A stretch of DNA of 64,000 nt from Podarcis bocagei (taxonomy: Eukaryota). The position numbers and the translations under genes were made by a program. The notes beneath the pieces are model-generated. The model was given only the letters and a program-made list of their open reading frames with translations, ran no database searches and was not told the DNA's origin. Positions 22,701 to 33,662 of the stretch are shown here, in pieces. The DNA is taken from assembly GCA_964188305.1 (NCBI GenBank), contig OZ076886.1. One strand, 5' to 3'. Every line of letters starts with the position of its first letter. Positions within the stretch are counted from its first letter, which is position 1.

Positions 22701-25700
22701 GGTTTCCACCCCTCCAAGGGGTTTCGCTTTCCTCTTGATTCCATCTTTTGGAATAAAGAGGCCTTCCACCCTCAGAGCAGAGATGGACCAAGGATTTCTG
22801 GAAGGGGCCAGTCATAGCTGAGGGGCAAAGCACACAGAGGGGCCCACATTCAACCCCCAGTCAAACATATCAAAGGAAAGACCTCTGCTTGAAACACTTG
22901 AGGGATACTGCCCTTCAGAGGAGGCAGTAATAATAAGCTAAGGGGTAACCAACATGGTGCCCCCCTAGATACCAATTGACTACAATTTTCATCACCCCTG
23001 GCCAATGGCCACACTAGCTGAGGTGCTGGGAATTATGAAGCCAGTGTCATCATCGAGCAGAGGGCACCATTTTGGCTACCTCTGGGCCAAGTGGAGAGCT
23101 TGCTGTGGCATATCAGTTTCCTCCCTAAGCATCCCCAATCAGGAGAGCCTATTCTGAAGCAGTAGTGCTATCAGGCCCTCAGACAGCTGCTAGAAGACAG
23201 GGTTCCCTAGCCCAGGGAGCCAGAGACCTTGGGGATTGCGCCCTTGGGTCTGGCGGAGTCCTGAGACCCCCTGCTGCAGAGGGTCAGACGGCAGTGCAAG
23301 AAGTGGATGGAGGCATTGGACCGGGGTTTCAACACAAAGCTCAGTCGCTGGCGTTCCTGGTACCCCAGAGGCAACGCCTGGGCCTGGCCTGGCAGCTTGG
23401 GTTTCCACAGCCTGACTTGGGCGGCAGCCACGGGACAGCCATGCTGGACCAGCAGATACACCGAGGTCTCTGAAGCATCTGAGGAGCTAGAGATGAAGCA
23501 CTTCTGGATGGTGAAGCTGAGAGACGAGTCATAGGTTGCCAAGGAAGCCTGGAGGAAAAAGGAAACACCATCTAGTCTGTAAACACAAGTGCAAGTTTTG
23601 CTGCCGACGTTTTCTGAATGCTGCATTGAAAAGCACATGAATCTGATCTTTGGAGAGTTTGTAAGTAAACCATTTTTAACTTGCCCCACACATGGTATTT
23701 TCTATGCTAAGAGAAGAGGGGAATTTTGGAAGGAACTTAGAAAGTTATATTCTAAGAATGACAACCTATATTTCCATGCTTTACTTTGTTATTTTAAATT
23801 TCTGCTGGGGTTCTCTCACCAAAGAATACTTGCCCCAGACTTGGTTCTTGGCATCCAGGAATTCTCTTTTTATACCTATTTTTTCATTGCAAACCAACCA
23901 TAAAGTTGGGCCTTGAATTGGGCCTCAGTATGAAATCTGCCTAGTCTATTCCTTGCTCTTTTGCTTACAGATGCATGTTTTGCTTCCCTGGGATGCATGT
24001 TGCCATTCTAAGCTGCTAAAACGTGGTGGCAAATCACCCCTGTTACTTCATCCCTTTGAGAGCTGCAGTGTAAGTTTATCACCCCCCATAAAGCAACAAG
24101 CAGGTCAACTGCCCTGTTTGAGGCTCTTAGAGAGACAGGGAGTGCTGCAAACCACCAGATCTCTGGACAGAGGAGGAATCACTTAGGGACAAGATTCTGG
24201 CGTGTAACTGCTGCATCCAAAGCCAGCTCTTGCATATTCCTCGTCCGCTTTACCTCCACAAAGACGAGGCTGTTGGCTGAGACAACAAAAGGTCCAAGTT
24301 GCTTGGCAAAAGCCTCTGTTTTGTAGAGCTCTAGGTTAAGGAGGGCATTGCCAAGGTGAAGGTAGGGATCCTGAAAGGCCGTTGCAGCTTCTGAGGGAGA
24401 TATCTGGGTTGGAGAAGGTGAAATACAGGAGACCTGCAGGAGAAAAACAGGTCTGTGGAGCGGTATTGATGTGCAATGACAAGAGAATACCCGCCCATCC
24501 ACATCCACATGAAATGGCACTGTAGGAAATAGATTCCCTCTGTCCATCCGGAGATGTCATCCTTGGCTACTCACTCCCTGAGTGTCCTGGTTTTCAAGAA
24601 TAGGCTTCTGGTCCCCAAGACACAAGATAGATTCTGTCCCCTCTGTTTTGGCTGTAGACGGTGGGTAGGTAACGGAACCATCCTCTCCCGCAAAGTCTTG
24701 CCTTGTCACCTCCCAGCCAGCTGTGTTGGCTTCTGCAAAGTGCTGTTGAGAGGCTGTGAAACTGGGAGGATGCAAAAATATGGGCCAAAAGAGTGTTGGC
24801 TCTTCTAGAGGAGGTGTGGCCCCTACAAAGGAAATACAGGTGTGTGGGTGTGATGCAATCATATGCCTTCTACGCTGCTGCTGTTAATCAGAATATGATC
24901 TATTCCAAGCATCACCAGTGTGGCCCCAAAGGAACACATGTGCCCAGCTCACAGAGGCCTTCTCTACAGTCTGCAGGGTACCCTCCCCTCCCAGCACTGA
25001 AATTAGGCTCAGAAGAAGCATTCTATTGGAGCCCATAGAATAGGTTGCAGGAGAGGAGGGCAGGGTACTCACAACAATTTCTCTGTTGCAGACTTGCCCA
25101 TGGGCCCAAGAATGTTGGCAACCCCATATCTGTTCCTTCTGTTACCCAAGTAAAAGGTCTGCACATTCTGACATAATATGGCATGCCTTCCTGTTCTCTT
25201 CCATGGGTTCAGCATTCAGAACAAAGGCAATGTGGCTTCATTTGCCCTTCTTGATTTTACCATTGTAGCCACAGCTGATTTCCTATTTGACACCATTTAT
25301 CATCCCTACGTGAATCCTGATTGGCTGGGATCACATAACGACTAGGAAATAAGCTCTCAAAAGGGTTTGGGAAAATGGCAGTGAAGCAGCAAAATATCTG
25401 TTAACAAATATATGCTGTTGGCCGGTGTGTATGTACCATTTCAGTCCCCTTGGAAGCATAATTTTCATGCTGAAAATGTTTTGATTTGGTGCATTCCTAA
25501 AATAAAACTGGAGGTTGTATAGCCTAGGGTAAAATGGTGCAGGAGGAACTGGAATATAAATGCCAGGAATCTGCAGCAGCGGTCACTAGTGGTTTGCCTC
25601 TAAGCTCTCTGGTGGGCACTTTTCCCATTCATGTCCATTGAAACTCTCCAAACCTACCATTCATCCCAACAAAAAGGAGAAACCTGTTCACCCGCTCAGC

Positions 25701-28700
25701 CTCAACGTAGGACGTAAAGGCAGGCAAATTCTGCTCCGTTGCAAACTGCAAAGGATCGAGGGTCGTCAGCCGAGGGGACGTCCGCTGGGTCACAGTCAGA
25801 GGCAGATCCATTTCTGTGCTGCTGACTGTGACTTTGTGCGAAGCCTAGAAAGGAATCCCAGCCTGAGTTACATATACAAGGCCCAGACATGGAGAGCAGC
25901 AGCAGGCACACCATAAACAAGAGACGGTCCAGGGGAATCAAATAGCAGCATGGAGACAGACTCCCAAGAGGGAGTAGCCTAGTGGGGTGGAGAGTTGGAG
26001 CCAGGAAGTAAGACACCTTGGCTCACTTCAGGAAAAATAATAAGGCTGGAGGAGGAGGAGGCAAGCCTAGAGTTATAGGGAGAATGCAGGGGAAGCTTAT
26101 GGAAGAGGGTTGGCAAAGCTCGCTAGTGGGCCTGTGAAGGCAGGACTTAGCAGAAGGAACCCTCCATAATATAACCCTTATAATAGTATTAAGTCCAGCA
26201 TCTAAAATTACCAAACTGCTTCCTCTAGGAAAGGTTGCAATTCTGCATAATGCATCTACAGTGGTACCTCAGGTTAAGAACTTAATTCGTTCTGGAGGTC
26301 TGTTCTTAACCTGAAACTGTTCTTAACCTGAGGTACCATTTTAGCTAATGGGGCCTCCCACTGCCGCCACGCCACCACCGCATGGTTTCTGTCCTCATCC
26401 TGAAGCAAAGTTCTTAACCTGAGGTACTATTTCTGGGTTAGCGGAGTCTGTAACCTGAAGCGTCTGTAACCTGAGGTACCACTGTATCTGGATTTGAGCA
26501 CATGTGTGCCCTGCTCCCTTCCAGATGTGTGCCACTGCCACCAACTTGGGGAGGGGGAGAGAGAGAAGCGCATTAGCTGAGAGCGTTACAGATCTATACC
26601 CTGCCCCTACCAGGACATGCAGCCGGCCAGTGAGGCGGTGGGTGTGAACCATCCACTCAGCAGCTCCCTCACTCTTCAGTATCAAGATCAGTCCCCAGTG
26701 GGGGGGCCTTCGGACAGCATGAAGTTCCACAGTCAAATGAGCCAGGGTGGGCCTAGAAGAGAGCAGGCTGTCCACCCACCACAACAGGATTAAGCACATG
26801 ATGGAAGACAGCGAAGCCCCACGCCACCCGTCCCCCAACTCAAGAGACCCCTGCCCAATATTCAAGGCCTAATACCAGCCACTGTCACTACTCGTTTTTG
26901 GCTCAAGGTCTCAGTGTCCGTCTGGCCTTGACTTTCGGGGGAAGTGCCATTGCTAAGTGGCAGGGCAACTGCACTGCATGCAGAAGGTCAGAGATTCGAT
27001 CCCCATCATCTCCAGACAGAGCTGAGAAAGACATGGGAGATCTGCTGCCAGTCCGTGTCAGCAGTACTAGGCTAGATGAACCAGCTTCCATGTTCCTGTT
27101 TATATCTTTAACACAAGGGTCACTTATCATACGCAGCTTCTTGCACAGGTTTCATTCTTCCTCACCATCCCCCTTCCCCATCTACACTAAGAACAAGTTC
27201 AACCTCCCTGTTCAAGACATGGCATCTCAATATGAACATTTCGCTACACCCCCCCCCCCCCCGGTTCAACAGCCGCATGCTGAAGCTCCGGCGACACCTG
27301 CCTGATACGCACCTTGGTGCAACTCCTTTGGAGAGGATGATGTGAACTTCAAGGACTTGCGGAGGGTCAGGATGCAGGCAAACTCTCAGAGGCTGGAGTT
27401 GGCACTTGGAGGCAAAGTGCACCGGGGTCAGGAAATTCCTACTTAATCTGCAAGCGGCTGGGGCAATCCTATCTGGAGAAGGAAAGGAATGAAGCATCTG
27501 GACTGAATGGTCACAGAAGAGCTGCTGCGATTTACTCTTTTTTGTTTGCAAGCAATGCAAACTCTTTGGCAACTGCTCTCCAGTTAATACTGGTGAGTCT
27601 TATTTATCTGTGCCGTGTATATATTCCATCTTCCCTCTATGATTGCAGTGCACAGATCTTTCCTTCCTGGATGGTCTCCCTGCCAAGCACTGAGCAGACC
27701 CAGACCTGCACAACTTCTGCAAAGTTACTGCATTAGCCCAGGACCCCAAAGACCAGCTGGCTGCCTTCCTCCTGCTTATCACACTGCAGTAGCGAATATG
27801 GGGAACATGTGTCTCTCCATACGTTGCTGGACTGCAACTCCAATCAGCCCCAGCCAGGGTGGCCAGTGGTCAGGGATGAGGGGAACTGCAGGACACACAG
27901 CCATAATGACACCCTTTCCCTCAGAGCCGATATCTACCCTCATCGCCCATGCCAGCCCCCAGGCGTGTGTAGATTCTGTTGACTCCACGGTATTCAGCCA
28001 GAGAGGTGACCCCTCCATGCTCCCTCCGTGCCCACTTCAGCAGGCGTTTTGGCGTCTTTGGTAAGATGGTCTCAGCAGAAGCCACTGGCCCTGCGGCTGA
28101 AACATTAGAGCCGGGGGAGACCTGTAGATAGGAGGAAGGCAAAGGTAAAATATACTAGCCTGGAGGACCTCCCCACTCTCTGACACCCCACCCTGGGGAG
28201 TGCACTAAGGTTGAACAGTGCTGCACTTTAGTCTGGGAGATCTGGGTTCAAGTTCCACCTCAGCCACAGCCTTAGGCAAGCCTCCCTCAGCCTCAATTAC
28301 CCCCATCTGTAAAATGGGAAGAATAGTAACTTACTACACAAGATGGTTCTGAAGACAAACAGAGGTAGAAAGTATTTTGTTAAAGTGCTATGAAGGTAGC
28401 AAATTAGCTTTTCCATCCACCCTTCCCATAGCTGCCGCTCATCTTCTATGCTTGCGTAGAGTAGGGGCTCCAATGACCCCCTCGGCAGGGCCTGGCTCAG
28501 TGATCCCCATGATGTTCTGCAGGCCCTTTGGCCCTCTATCCCATCTCACCTGGAAGGTCCAGTTTTTTCCAGGGGGAGACAGCAACACCCAACGCACAGG
28601 CTTCTGGGAATACAGCACAAAGATGGGGGCTCTGTCGAGGGGATCTGGGTCCAGAGTTATCAGAGTTACCTGAAAGAGGATCAAGGAGACATGCATGATC

Positions 28701-31700
28701 AAAGCAACTTACCCCTTGGATGTTCAGCAGGTGAGGTCTGTCCCCACCCCCAGCTCTAAGCAGGCCCTGCGCAGAGTGTTCCTCTTTGCTTCTCACAACT
28801 TGGCTAACCTAACCCTTCTGTGACTTAAGAGAGACTTCTTCCAGGCCCTGACAACTGTGAAGATGTGATTTAATAATAATAATAATAATAATAATTTATT
28901 ATTTATACCCCACCCATCTGGCTGAGTTTCCCCAGCCACTCTGGGCGGCTTCCAATCAAGTGTTAAAAACAATACAGCATTAAATATTAAAAACTTCCTA
29001 AACAGGGCTGCCTTCAGATGTCTTTGAAATAGAGTTTTGCCTTTTTGACTGACTGAGACACCTTGAACCGTAGTGCCAAGCTGAACTGCCATCTTGTTTG
29101 GGTATCCAATGGAGCTGTAGCGAGACCCAACATACAGCCTCATACATGGGAAGGTGGTTATGGGTGGGGATCTCCCATACCTGGCCATTTGCCGGCAATC
29201 CCTTCTTCAGGCTGATGACATGGACTTCTTGCCCCAGGGCAGAGCGGCCCCGGCTGGTGCATCCGTTGCCTTTTCGCAGTGATTCCCAGAAGCCAAGGAC
29301 GGGGTGTGGGGTAGAGGCAGACATGGGGAGGCAAGCGAGATGGTGCCAGGAGGCTGCAGGGGAAGGAGAAGAGCAATGCTGGAAGAAACGGGGCTTCAGA
29401 AAAGTAGTTTCCAAAACTGTGTACGTTTGGCATCCCCTTCTCCCCAAACACAAATTGCTCAGGTGCCTGAGCTCAAAATGATACACCAGCTTAATTTTTA
29501 TTTTTTTTTCATAATTCATTCTGTGTCTGAGAAACAAAAAATACGAATATCTGGCCAATGACTGAGGATGATGGAGGGAAAAATAAAACAACGAGGAAAC
29601 TCTGGGGGAACTGGTATGATGGGACAGAAATGGATCGGTGTGCATTTCATGGTTCCCACACTGAACGGGGAGGGTCACTGTGAATTGCTCTTAACGATGG
29701 CTTACTGGCTTATTTTTAGAGTGTACAAGGGAAAAAGGTGTTTCTTTTTCAGTCAGCTATCCATTCCCTCCACCAAGATACTATAAACTGTAAGGTGCTC
29801 AGTCTCCCCCTTCCTTTTTATATTCCTTTTCCAAAGGATACTCAGCATGTAGAGTCCTTGCTGGGTGGGAAAGTGGGATTTTTTTGGGGGGGGTATCCTC
29901 CCTTTTAGCTCCACCCCCCCCCCCCCCGTTTCTCCTGGGCATGTTTGATGGCACTTCTCTTGTTTTTTAGTGGTCATGTTTGGCACTCAACCCTCTGAGT
30001 TCACTATTAAAGGGAATTATTATTTAATGTCTGTTTTCATTATGAAGATGTAAGTATTGTCTTCTGCACTGACTGGCTGCAGCTCTCTAGGGACATTCTC
30101 AGTTCTACCTGAAGATGCTGGGACCTACTTCATGCAAAGCAGGTGCTCTAACCACTGACCATTCATTTTACGAATTAAATAATTACAGGGAAGCTGCTAG
30201 CCCTACACAGGGGCTACACATTACATACACAACAATATGCCAGCCATGTTGCCTCATGTTGTAATTAGGAGAGGCAGACTGGGTGAGAATGAGGTGGCAG
30301 ACCAGACTATATACTGTTCCGAGACTACAATCTAAAAAGTTCCTTGTAATAGGAAAGCTAACACAGTAGGGAGCAGGCTGGGCTGGTTTGTTGCCTTTCT
30401 ACGAAGGCAATTTTCAATTTAAAATACTGGAAGGAACAAAAGCTACCAAATATTCTCAGGGCTACCTCAGGAGCAGCCTGGCCTGGGCTCTCTCGTTTCT
30501 GCCTATGCTTCTGGGTAGAGTTATTAAGTTGCCCCAGGCAGCTAATTCTTTCTCCTCAATGTACTAGAATTTTACACACAGACAGCTTTAGGGGGAAGGG
30601 ATTTAAAAACACACACACCATCTGCAGCCTGAAATGGTACAATTCCATTTAGCACATGAGGATTCTACCAACTCAACCTGCCTTAACATTCCATGTGAAA
30701 GAATATGCACTGGCACCATGAGAAAGGAACAGAGAGCTGTAAAGGTAAAGGGACCCCTGACCATTAGGTCCAGTCATGACCGACTCTGGGGTTGTGGCGC
30801 TCATCTCGCTTTATTGGCCGAGGGAGCCAGCATACAGCTTCCGGGTCATGTGGCCAGCATGATTAAGCCGCTTCTGGCGAACCAGAGCAGCGCACGGAAA
30901 CGCTGTTTACCTTCCCGCCGGAGCGGTACCTATTTATCTACTTGCACTTTGACATGCTTTCGAACTGCTAGGTTGGCAAGAACTGGGACTGAGCAACGGG
31001 AGCTCACCCTGTTGTGGGGATTCAAACTGCCGACCTTCTGATCCGCAAGTCCTAGGCTCTGTGGTTTAACCCACAGCGCCACCCGCATCCCACAGAGAGC
31101 TGTACCAGGTACCAAAGTACAGCTGCAGGAGTGTTCAACATGGGTGTTTTCCCCCCAATTTGGGAATGTGAAGAAATAGCAGAAGTACCTTACAGCAAGT
31201 GCAGAGTGCCTTCCCCTCACCATTCAGAACAGAAACTATGACTCCTGGTCAACTTTGGAAGCCTGGACTCTTCTCTTCATAGGAAGCAACCATGGTCGGC
31301 TGGCTATGAGTTCAGCAGATAGCTTAAGAGCCTCCGTGCTATAAACAACCCACAGGCAGCATCTACCTTCCCTATGGTAATCAATGTCAAAAACAAATAC
31401 TGAGTGCCGAGCTGCAGATTAAAAGTGCCCTTAGCTGTGTGTACTTGCTTATCAAGGAACTGAAAATGCATCCTGTGAAAAATAAGCAGGTACAGAATGA
31501 AGGATACTCTGTAAATCCAAGCTGTTTACTGAAGGTACATCCAATAAAGAGAAGCAGGACAAAAGGCATCAGAAGCATCATGCAGAATTGGGAAACCCCA
31601 TGTAAGGTAAAGGTAAAGGACCCATGAACGGTAAAATCCAGTCGAATTTGACTTTGGGGTGCAGTGCTCATCTCTGCTTTCAGGCCGAGGGAGCTGGTGT

Positions 31701-32442
31701 TTGTCCACAGACAGCTTTTCCGTGTCATGTGACCAGCATGACTAAACCGCTTCTGGCACAATGGAACACTGTGAAAGAAACCAGAGTGCACGGAAACGCC
31801 GTTTACCTTCCCGCTGCACTGGTACCTATTTAACTACTTGTACTGGCATGCTTTCGAACTGCTAGGTTGACAGGAGCCGGAACAGAGCAATGGGAGCTCA
31901 CCCCATTGTGTGAATTTGAACTGCCAATCTTGCGATCGGCAAGCTCAAGAGGCTCAGTGGTTTAGACCACAGCACCACCCACGTCCCTCAAACCCCTAGT
32001 ATAAAACCCCATTGAATACATTTACGGTATACTCTGACAACTTCATCTACCTATTCTGCTGCATGGGAAGAAAATTTGACAAGCCCAAATGGCTCTGTGT
32101 GAGTGCACACATGTGCCATTTAGCAAAGTTGAAAGACCTGCTCTACATTCAAGCTTGCAAATAAAAATGTATTTGAAGACTGTTAATTTATTTTTTATAT
32201 GTATACTTCAGGATACATGCAGCAATGTATCCTGGACAGCTCCCTGACAATAGTGTTTTGTTTTTGGTTTTTTAGCAAAACGTTTTACACCTTTGGTGTG
32301 GATAATTATTGTGCAGCCCATTTAAATGTTTACAATAGCCACTCTGTTAGACTTTACCTGTCCCAGAGCACTCCCAAACGACAAGCAGCAGCAGGAGGTA
32401 TTGTCTCCATAGGTGATCGATATGCTGGCAGTTTCTATGCAT
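19664..32442 (-). CDS. TGFBR3L: TGF-beta receptor type 3-like (betaglycan paralog), about 754 aa: signal peptide, orphan domain, vestigial ZP-N, ZP-C, TM helix, cytoplasmic tail. Coding exons: 32358-32442, 29181-29353, 28550-28669, 27953(or 27938)-28121, 27313-27472, 26611-26752, 25658-25844, 24575-24822, 24254-24433, 23228-23548, 22417-22549, 21826-21900, 21432-21542, 20574-20618, 19664-19779
   Basis: Exon phases chain into one open frame (2265 bp including the stop). Betaglycan-like motifs: GCTSRG..QEVHVI, LLKWARREHGGVTS, LILILK, FTSYVEAERVNRF, GNALLNLELY, FTIQKCFIS, LSFVLKP..FLHCRLTLC, TITKP, VIGIAIAAFLIGICLTIGLWFIYTYTG. Directly downstream of and co-oriented with MAP2K7, as human TGFBR3L is. 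Confidence 0.88.
20574..20618 (-). CDS. TGFBR3L: TGFBR3L cytoplasmic exon GESASGRRSQPAAET
   Basis: tag acceptor, CAG|gtaagg donor, 45 bp phase 1-1; resembles betaglycan GETAGRQQVPTSPPASE. Confidence 0.7.
21432..21542 (-). CDS. TGFBR3L: TGFBR3L transmembrane exon ..TVPAVIGIAIAAFLIGICLTIGLWFIYTYT
   Basis: ctatag/gtgggt; matches the betaglycan/endoglin TM [26 protein letters not shown]. Confidence 0.92.
21826..21900 (-). CDS. TGFBR3L: TGFBR3L juxtamembrane exon ANVPDKQQGKAPKDAAHKRKTQVVR
   Basis: ttttctgcag acceptor, gtaagc donor, 75 bp, phase 1-1. Confidence 0.72.
22417..22549 (-). CDS. TGFBR3L: TGFBR3L exon CRSENEACSGEEEAVPSRFQRTITKPMLVTVETPLRAASPGPKP (end of ZP-C and external hydrophobic patch)
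   Basis: tttcag/gtactt; matches CVPPDEAC..KTFTKPLAVI. Confidence 0.88.
23228..23548 (-). CDS. TGFBR3L: TGFBR3L ZP-C exon ASLATYDSSLSFTIQKCFIS..LSFVLKPRSNASIHFLHCRLTLC..IPK
   Basis: ctccag acceptor, weak AAG|gtctct donor at the homologous position; ZP-C cysteine pattern. Confidence 0.88.
24254..24433 (-). CDS. TGFBR3L: TGFBR3L ZP exon VSCISPSPTQ..GNALLNLELYKTEAFAKQLGPFVVSANSLVFVE
   Basis: ctgcag/gtaaag, 180 bp; matches FNC..GNITFNMELY..FSVPENGHVYVE. Confidence 0.9.
24575..24822 (-). CDS. TGFBR3L: TGFBR3L linker exon ending in the first ZP-N strand (..TESILCLGDQKPILENQDTQG)
   Basis: tttgtag acceptor, gtgagt donor, phase 1 to 0, stop-free. Confidence 0.78.
25658..25844 (-). CDS. TGFBR3L: TGFBR3L orphan-domain exon ASHKVTVSSTEMDLPLTVTQRTSPRLTTLDPLQFATEQNLPAFTSYVEAERVNRFLLFVGMN
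   Basis: ttctag/gtaggt; matches ITSYTMAPVANRFHL. Confidence 0.88.
26259..26484. mobile_element. Tigger/pogo-like MITE with TA TSD
   Basis: ta|cagtggtacctcaggtta ... taacctgaggtaccactg|ta. Confidence 0.9.
26611..26752 (-). CDS. TGFBR3L: TGFBR3L orphan-domain exon PTLAHLTVELHAVRRPPHWGLILILKSEGAAEWMVHTHRLTGRLHVL
   Basis: ttctag/gtaggg; LILILK..W motif of betaglycan/endoglin. Confidence 0.88.
27313..27472 (-). CDS. TGFBR3L: TGFBR3L orphan-domain exon DRIAPAACRLSRNFLTPVHFASKCQLQPLRVCLHPDPPQVLEVHIILSKGVAPR
   Basis: ctccag/gtgcgt; matches PPKCNIGKNFLS..GC..EVHII. Confidence 0.88.
27953..28121 (-). CDS. TGFBR3L: TGFBR3L orphan-domain exon VSPGSNVSAAGPVASAETILPKTPKRLLKWARREHGGVTSLAEYRGVNRIYTRLGA
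   Basis: ctacag acceptor; matches LLNWARKEYGAVTSFTE..RNIYIKVGE. Donor is either GC after 27953 or GT after 27938. Confidence 0.85.
28550..28669 (-). CDS. TGFBR3L: TGFBR3L orphan-domain exon VTLITLDPDPLDRAPIFVLYSQKPVRWVLLSPPGKNWTFQ
   Basis: tttcag/gtgaga, 120 bp; matches betaglycan VTL..VFLLNSPHPLVW. Confidence 0.88.
28870..29022 (-). mobile_element. L2-type LINE 3' tail with (TAA)n on +
   Basis: Reverse complement of the 19355-19503 tail. Confidence 0.85.
29181..29353 (-). CDS. TGFBR3L: TGFBR3L orphan-domain exon ASWHHLACLPMSASTPHPVLGFWESLRKGNGCTSRGRSALGQEVHVISLKKGLPANGQ
   Basis: Matches betaglycan HPVQALMES..GCASRG..QEVHVLNL; cag/gtatgg splice sites. Confidence 0.9.
30742..31091 (+). mobile_element. 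Sauria SINE with a 13-bp TSD (acagagagctgta)
   Basis: aaggtaaagggacccctg.. head, ..ggtttaacccacagcgccacc tail; TSD at 30729-30741 and 31092-31104. Confidence 0.88.
31604..31987 (+). mobile_element. Sauria SINE, second and more diverged copy
   Basis: (aaggta)n head; homologous along its length to 30742-31091. Confidence 0.85.
32358..32442 (-). CDS. TGFBR3L: TGFBR3L signal-peptide exon MHRNCQHIDHLWRQYLLLLLVVWECSGT(A)
   Basis: accATG Kozak-like start, hydrophobic core, G|gtaaag phase-1 donor; acceptor ttccttcctag opens the exon at 32489 (5'UTR part). Confidence 0.8.
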
Positions 32443-33628
32443 GGTGTTCAGAACCCAAAGAAAAGCTGTGATTTTTCTCTTGTTCCACCCTAGGAAGGAA
32501 AGCAAAGCCAGGGCAAGAAAGCACGGGAGTTAAGGGAATGCCGTTGCACGACCTCTGAGCTACTTGGAAACACTTTCCAGCCCTCAAGACCTCATACCAG
32601 TCAATTTGTGGTTTGGATTTTGGGACAGAACTTCAACATTTCCTCTCTCCATTCCTGATCTATCTGCTACAGAAACAAGCATACAGACCACACTCAATGT
32701 CCCTTAATACGGATTATACATTCCTTCCACTATCCTGTCATATGCGCAGTCATAGCAGGATGGGGTGGTGGAAGGACTTCATTTTGGTGCAGTGGGAAGC
32801 AGAGGGGAAGGTGGTGACCACCCTTCTGATTAACACCACAAAGTGAAAGGGTATAGCATATAGCCAGGGTCTCCAACCTTTTCAATCTAAGCAAACAAGT
32901 GAGAAATCTAAGAATACCCATTTCACTGAAGAAAAATGGGTGATGCTCAGACACCCCTCCCTCCTCCCCAAAAACCAGACTAAACACCTACCCACTCAAA
33001 AGAAATAAAACTGATACAAAAAGCAGGCAATGTCTCCCCCGCAAAAAAATAAATAAATACCCACTCTCCTCATCACAAAAAGCCTCAATTTCTTTAAAAA
33101 ATGGGGACAGGGGATCTTGGCTGGCACCAAGAGGAGGGCACTATGATGATCATGAGTGACACATTGGGGACCCCAGAGCTTACCCTGCTTCCAAACTGTT
33201 TACTATCTAATAGCTTCTATTCCTTGAATAGGGGAAGATGTTTGAGCCTAATCCAGATCATCGGTCCACTTTGCTCAGTATTATCCACTGTGATGATCTG
33301 TCTCTAGCCAGAAGGATTTTGCCTAACACCTGCTTCTCAGTTCTATAGACTGAATCTGAAATCTTTCCCTGAAGGCAACTTACTCTCCCTCACCTTCTGG
33401 TCCCAACTTCTGTCAGTCAAAAAGGCATTCTTCCCTCCTGTCTCAAGTTTCCTACAAAAACTTCCCTCCCTCCTTTATGGCTCTGTTTTAAAAGGAGGAT
33501 GCATTGAGACAGCAAGATTCAGTGTTACACGATTAGACTGGCTGTAATTAAAAGTTTCCAGGACGTGTTCCACCTCCCAGCAAGCCAAATGCCAGAATGT
33601 GGAGAGGGAATGCCAGAGGAACACTTAC

Positions 33629-33662
33629 CTTGTCCAGCAGAGCTCTCCCACTGTCAGTGGAT
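33629..33662 (-). other. Candidate short non-coding 5'UTR exon of TGFBR3L
   Basis: Consensus donor AAG|GTAAGT after 33629; upstream pyrimidine tract with ctaac and tag acceptor. Confidence 0.4.

Noticed and set aside
19664-32442. Calling the gene TGFBR3 or ENG
   Set aside because: It is too divergent from betaglycan, lacks the conserved C-terminal tail and sits at the TGFBR3L syntenic position next to MAP2K7. A phylogeny would be needed to settle this fully.
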